The notes below the pieces were generated by a model. That model did no database searches, was not told the origin of the DNA, and saw nothing but the letters and a program-made list of their open reading frames with translations. This document shows, one piece after another, positions 62,017-64,000 of a stretch of 64,000 bases of DNA (within the stretch, counting starts at the first letter, position 1; each line of letters begins with the position of its first letter). The translations under genes were made by a program, and so were the position numbers. The DNA is from Candidatus Endomicrobiellum roisinitermitis (GTDB lineage Bacteria; Elusimicrobiota; Endomicrobiia; Endomicrobiales; Endomicrobiaceae): contig JAITSL010000033.1 of NCBI GenBank assembly GCA_031287855.1, positions 1,163 through 65,162 on the forward strand, in the 5' to 3' direction.

Positions 62017-62778
62017 TTATTTTTTATTACTAAAAAATGCCAATTTTGCAGATATTACACCTATATTACTTTCAACCTCTATATAAATAGGCAATCTTTT
62101 TGTATCAGCAGTAATCCAGACTAATATTTTACCACCTAAATCAATTGTATTATTTTCATGCAATAAAGGTTCTACAACAAAACAGTTACGTTGACCTAAA
62201 GCAGTATTTAATTGTTCCTTTTTTAAAACCAAAACAGATATTGATGTAGAAACATCTTGAGAATGTAAATTTAAAATATATTTACGCCCTATTTTTAAAT
62301 CAAGCGTTCTAATACAATACAGAGTAGCTAAAATGTCTTTTACATTTTTTAACGTTTTCCCTTTTTTTATAATCCCATTATTATTTAGTCTATAGTTTTG
62401 CTCTTGCGGCTCAAATACAATATGCTCATATCTTTCTTTACCATCCTGAAGCATTTTTGAAACAAATTCCAAAGAATACATAGCATTATATTCAAACAAA
62501 GATTCAAAATGAGCATTAAGAGAAAACATCGAAGACAAAAAATCACTTGTTGTTACATTTAAACAAGCATAACGAGTTTTTATCCCATTCATATATTTAA
62601 ACCCTTTAACCTCTAAACTTGCATTCCCAATAGGAAGCATATTCCATGTTAAAGTGTAATCTATTTTTTCAAATTCTGGTATTTGTGTTCCATTCAACTG
62701 TTTTGCAGATAAATTTTTTGCAAAAAAACAAAATGTGCATACAAAAAACAAAAGTGGTAATTTAATTTTCTTTAACAT
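62017..62778 (-). CDS. Secreted hypothetical protein (DUF3108-like beta-rich)
   Basis: Signal peptide, 253 aa. The family assignment is a weak recollection only. Confidence 0.4.
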   Translation of the reverse strand: MLKKIKLPLLFFVCTFCFFAKNLSAKQLNGTQIPEFEKIDYTLTWNMLPIGNASLEVKGFKYMNGIKTRYACLNVTTSDFLSSMFSLNAHFESLFEYNAMYSLEFVSKMLQDGKERYEHIVFEPQEQNYRLNNNGIIKKGKTLKNVKDILATLYCIRTLDLKIGRKYILNLHSQDVSTSISVLVLKKEQLNTALGQRNCFVVEPLLHENNTIDLGGKILVWITADTKRLPIYIEVESNIGVISAKLAFFSNKK

Positions 62779-63344
62779 TTTTTAGCATCTTTAATAATTA
62801 AATTAATCGCTTGTTTTAAATCCTTACATATAGCAAAAGGTTGCACCATTTCATGACTTATTTCTTCTTGTTGTTTCTTTCCATGACCAGTAAGCACCAA
62901 AATACCCTTACCACCAATATTATAACCTAACAAATAATCTCTAGCGCTATCACCAACCACATAAGATTTTTTTAGATTTATATTAAAATCTTTAGCACCT
63001 TTTACAGCCATACCTGTTTTTGGCTTTCTACATTCACACTTATCTTCATCTAAATGAGGACAAAAATATATACCATCAACATTTGTACCGGCTTTTTTTA
63101 GAAGAGATAAAAATTTTTTATGAATTTTGTTTAAACCTTCCAATGTAAACACACCTCTTGCAATGCCTGACTGATTTGTTACAACTATTACCTTAAAACC
63201 AGCTTTTTTAAGTTTGTTTATACTTTCTGCAGCATAAGAATAAAGTTTAACTTGATCAGGAGAACTTAAATAATTTTTATCATAAATAAGTGTACCATCC
63301 CTATCTAAAAAGACTGCAGGATATTTAATATACTTTTTTTCCAT
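62772..63344 (-). CDS. gmhB: D-glycero-beta-D-manno-heptose-1,7-bisphosphate 7-phosphatase
   Basis: HAD motifs FLDRDGTL and VVTNQSGIARG, Zn-binding CPHLDEDKCECRKP, and GDSARD. Confidence 0.8.
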   Translation of the reverse strand: MEKKYIKYPAVFLDRDGTLIYDKNYLSSPDQVKLYSYAAESINKLKKAGFKVIVVTNQSGIARGVFTLEGLNKIHKKFLSLLKKAGTNVDGIYFCPHLDEDKCECRKPKTGMAVKGAKDFNINLKKSYVVGDSARDYLLGYNIGGKGILVLTGHGKKQQEEISHEMVQPFAICKDLKQAINLIIKDAKKC

Positions 63345-64000
63345 TGGTTTTTTCCTGTTATAAATTTTGGAAGTACTTTTAAAACTATAACTTTTTTTTT
63401 AATACTTTCATCAATATTTTCAAATTTCACAGCGTCTTTAGCTGTAACAATAAAATAAGTATTTCTGTATTTTTTATTGACTATATTGTTTAAAAATTTA
63501 TTGTCAAAATTACTATGATCTCTTAAAATTATACTACCTTTTATTTTTAACCCAGACTTTAAAATAGAATTTTTAAATCCACTTGTAAAACCTACCGCAC
63601 TTAAAGAGCACAAACTCATTTCATTTAAAACTTTAATGTCAAAATCTGTTTTTAAATCTAAAGTCTTATATTCAAAACTGCTATAGCAAGTTACTATAGG
63701 CGCTTTTCCTGTTAAATTTAATATTTTGCTTTGTAAATTTTCCAACTTTGTCTGATTTATCATATCGGAATTTGTAAGTATTACAATATCAGCTCTTCTT
63801 AAAGCATTTACAGGTTCCCTTAAAATTCCTGCCGGTATTAACATATCATTACCAAAAGGGTTAAAAGCATTTATACAAACTATATCTAAATCTCTCTTTA
63901 TACTCCAATGTTGAAACCCATCATCTAAAACATAAACATCTGTGTTGTGTTTATTTGCAAATTTTATAGCATTAGCATATCTATCTGCTCCAACAATAAC
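63305..64000 (-). CDS. lpxK: Tetraacyldisaccharide 4'-kinase, N-terminus beyond the window edge
   Basis: The frame is open to position 64000 (VIVGADRYANAIK...). LDDGFQH, IPAGILREP and ADIVILTN motifs are present. Confidence 0.8.
   Translation of the reverse strand, partial: VIVGADRYANAIKFANKHNTDVYVLDDGFQHWSIKRDLDIVCINAFNPFGNDMLIPAGILREPVNALRRADIVILTNSDMINQTKLENLQSKILNLTGKAPIVTCYSSFEYKTLDLKTDFDIKVLNEMSLCSLSAVGFTSGFKNSILKSGLKIKGSIILRDHSNFDNKFLNNIVNKKYRNTYFIVTAKDAVKFENIDESIKKKVIVLKVLPKFITGKNQWKKSILNILQSF

Overview
AT-rich bacterial chromosome segment, roughly one third GC by eye. Envelope genes are Gram-negative type (lptF/lptG, lnt, gmhB, lpxK) and the metabolism looks anaerobic (GTP-PEPCK, pta, AMP-forming acyl-CoA synthetase, HydE maturase). 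Most of the window is ordinary housekeeping: secA, priA, valS, prfB with its programmed +1 frameshift, coaC/coaB, gmk-rpoZ, pssA-psd, ndk, mnmA, gpmA, an ftsH-like gene and tRNA-Pro. It also carries a larB-larC-larE cluster with a CbiM/PDGLE metal-uptake pair, and a scattered biotin locus (SDR + KAS + bioF, bioA-bioD, birA). I cannot assign a taxon. The main finding is a minus-strand ORF absent from the supplied track because it has no stop in the window. It starts at 8785 and stays open to position 1 (2928 codons, 3' end missing). It encodes a multi-pass membrane protein. Its last ~900 codons in the window switch abruptly to a cytosine-starved, purine-loaded coding strand that encodes G/E/K/I/V-rich repeats. 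Other points of interest: a three-gene glycan-modification operon (GT8, Stealth, FkbM methyltransferase) in which every gene is disrupted, with a heptanucleotide repeat placed as a slipped-strand switch at the GT8 start; three AAA+/DUF4143 ATPase paralogs, one on a GC-rich islet and two as a divergent pair (one broken) inside the bio locus; and a dispersed ~160-nt intergenic repeat with inverted 23-nt modules at two loci. No CRISPR array, rRNA, transposase or integrase was recognised. All calls come from hand translation and motif recognition only; no searches were run.
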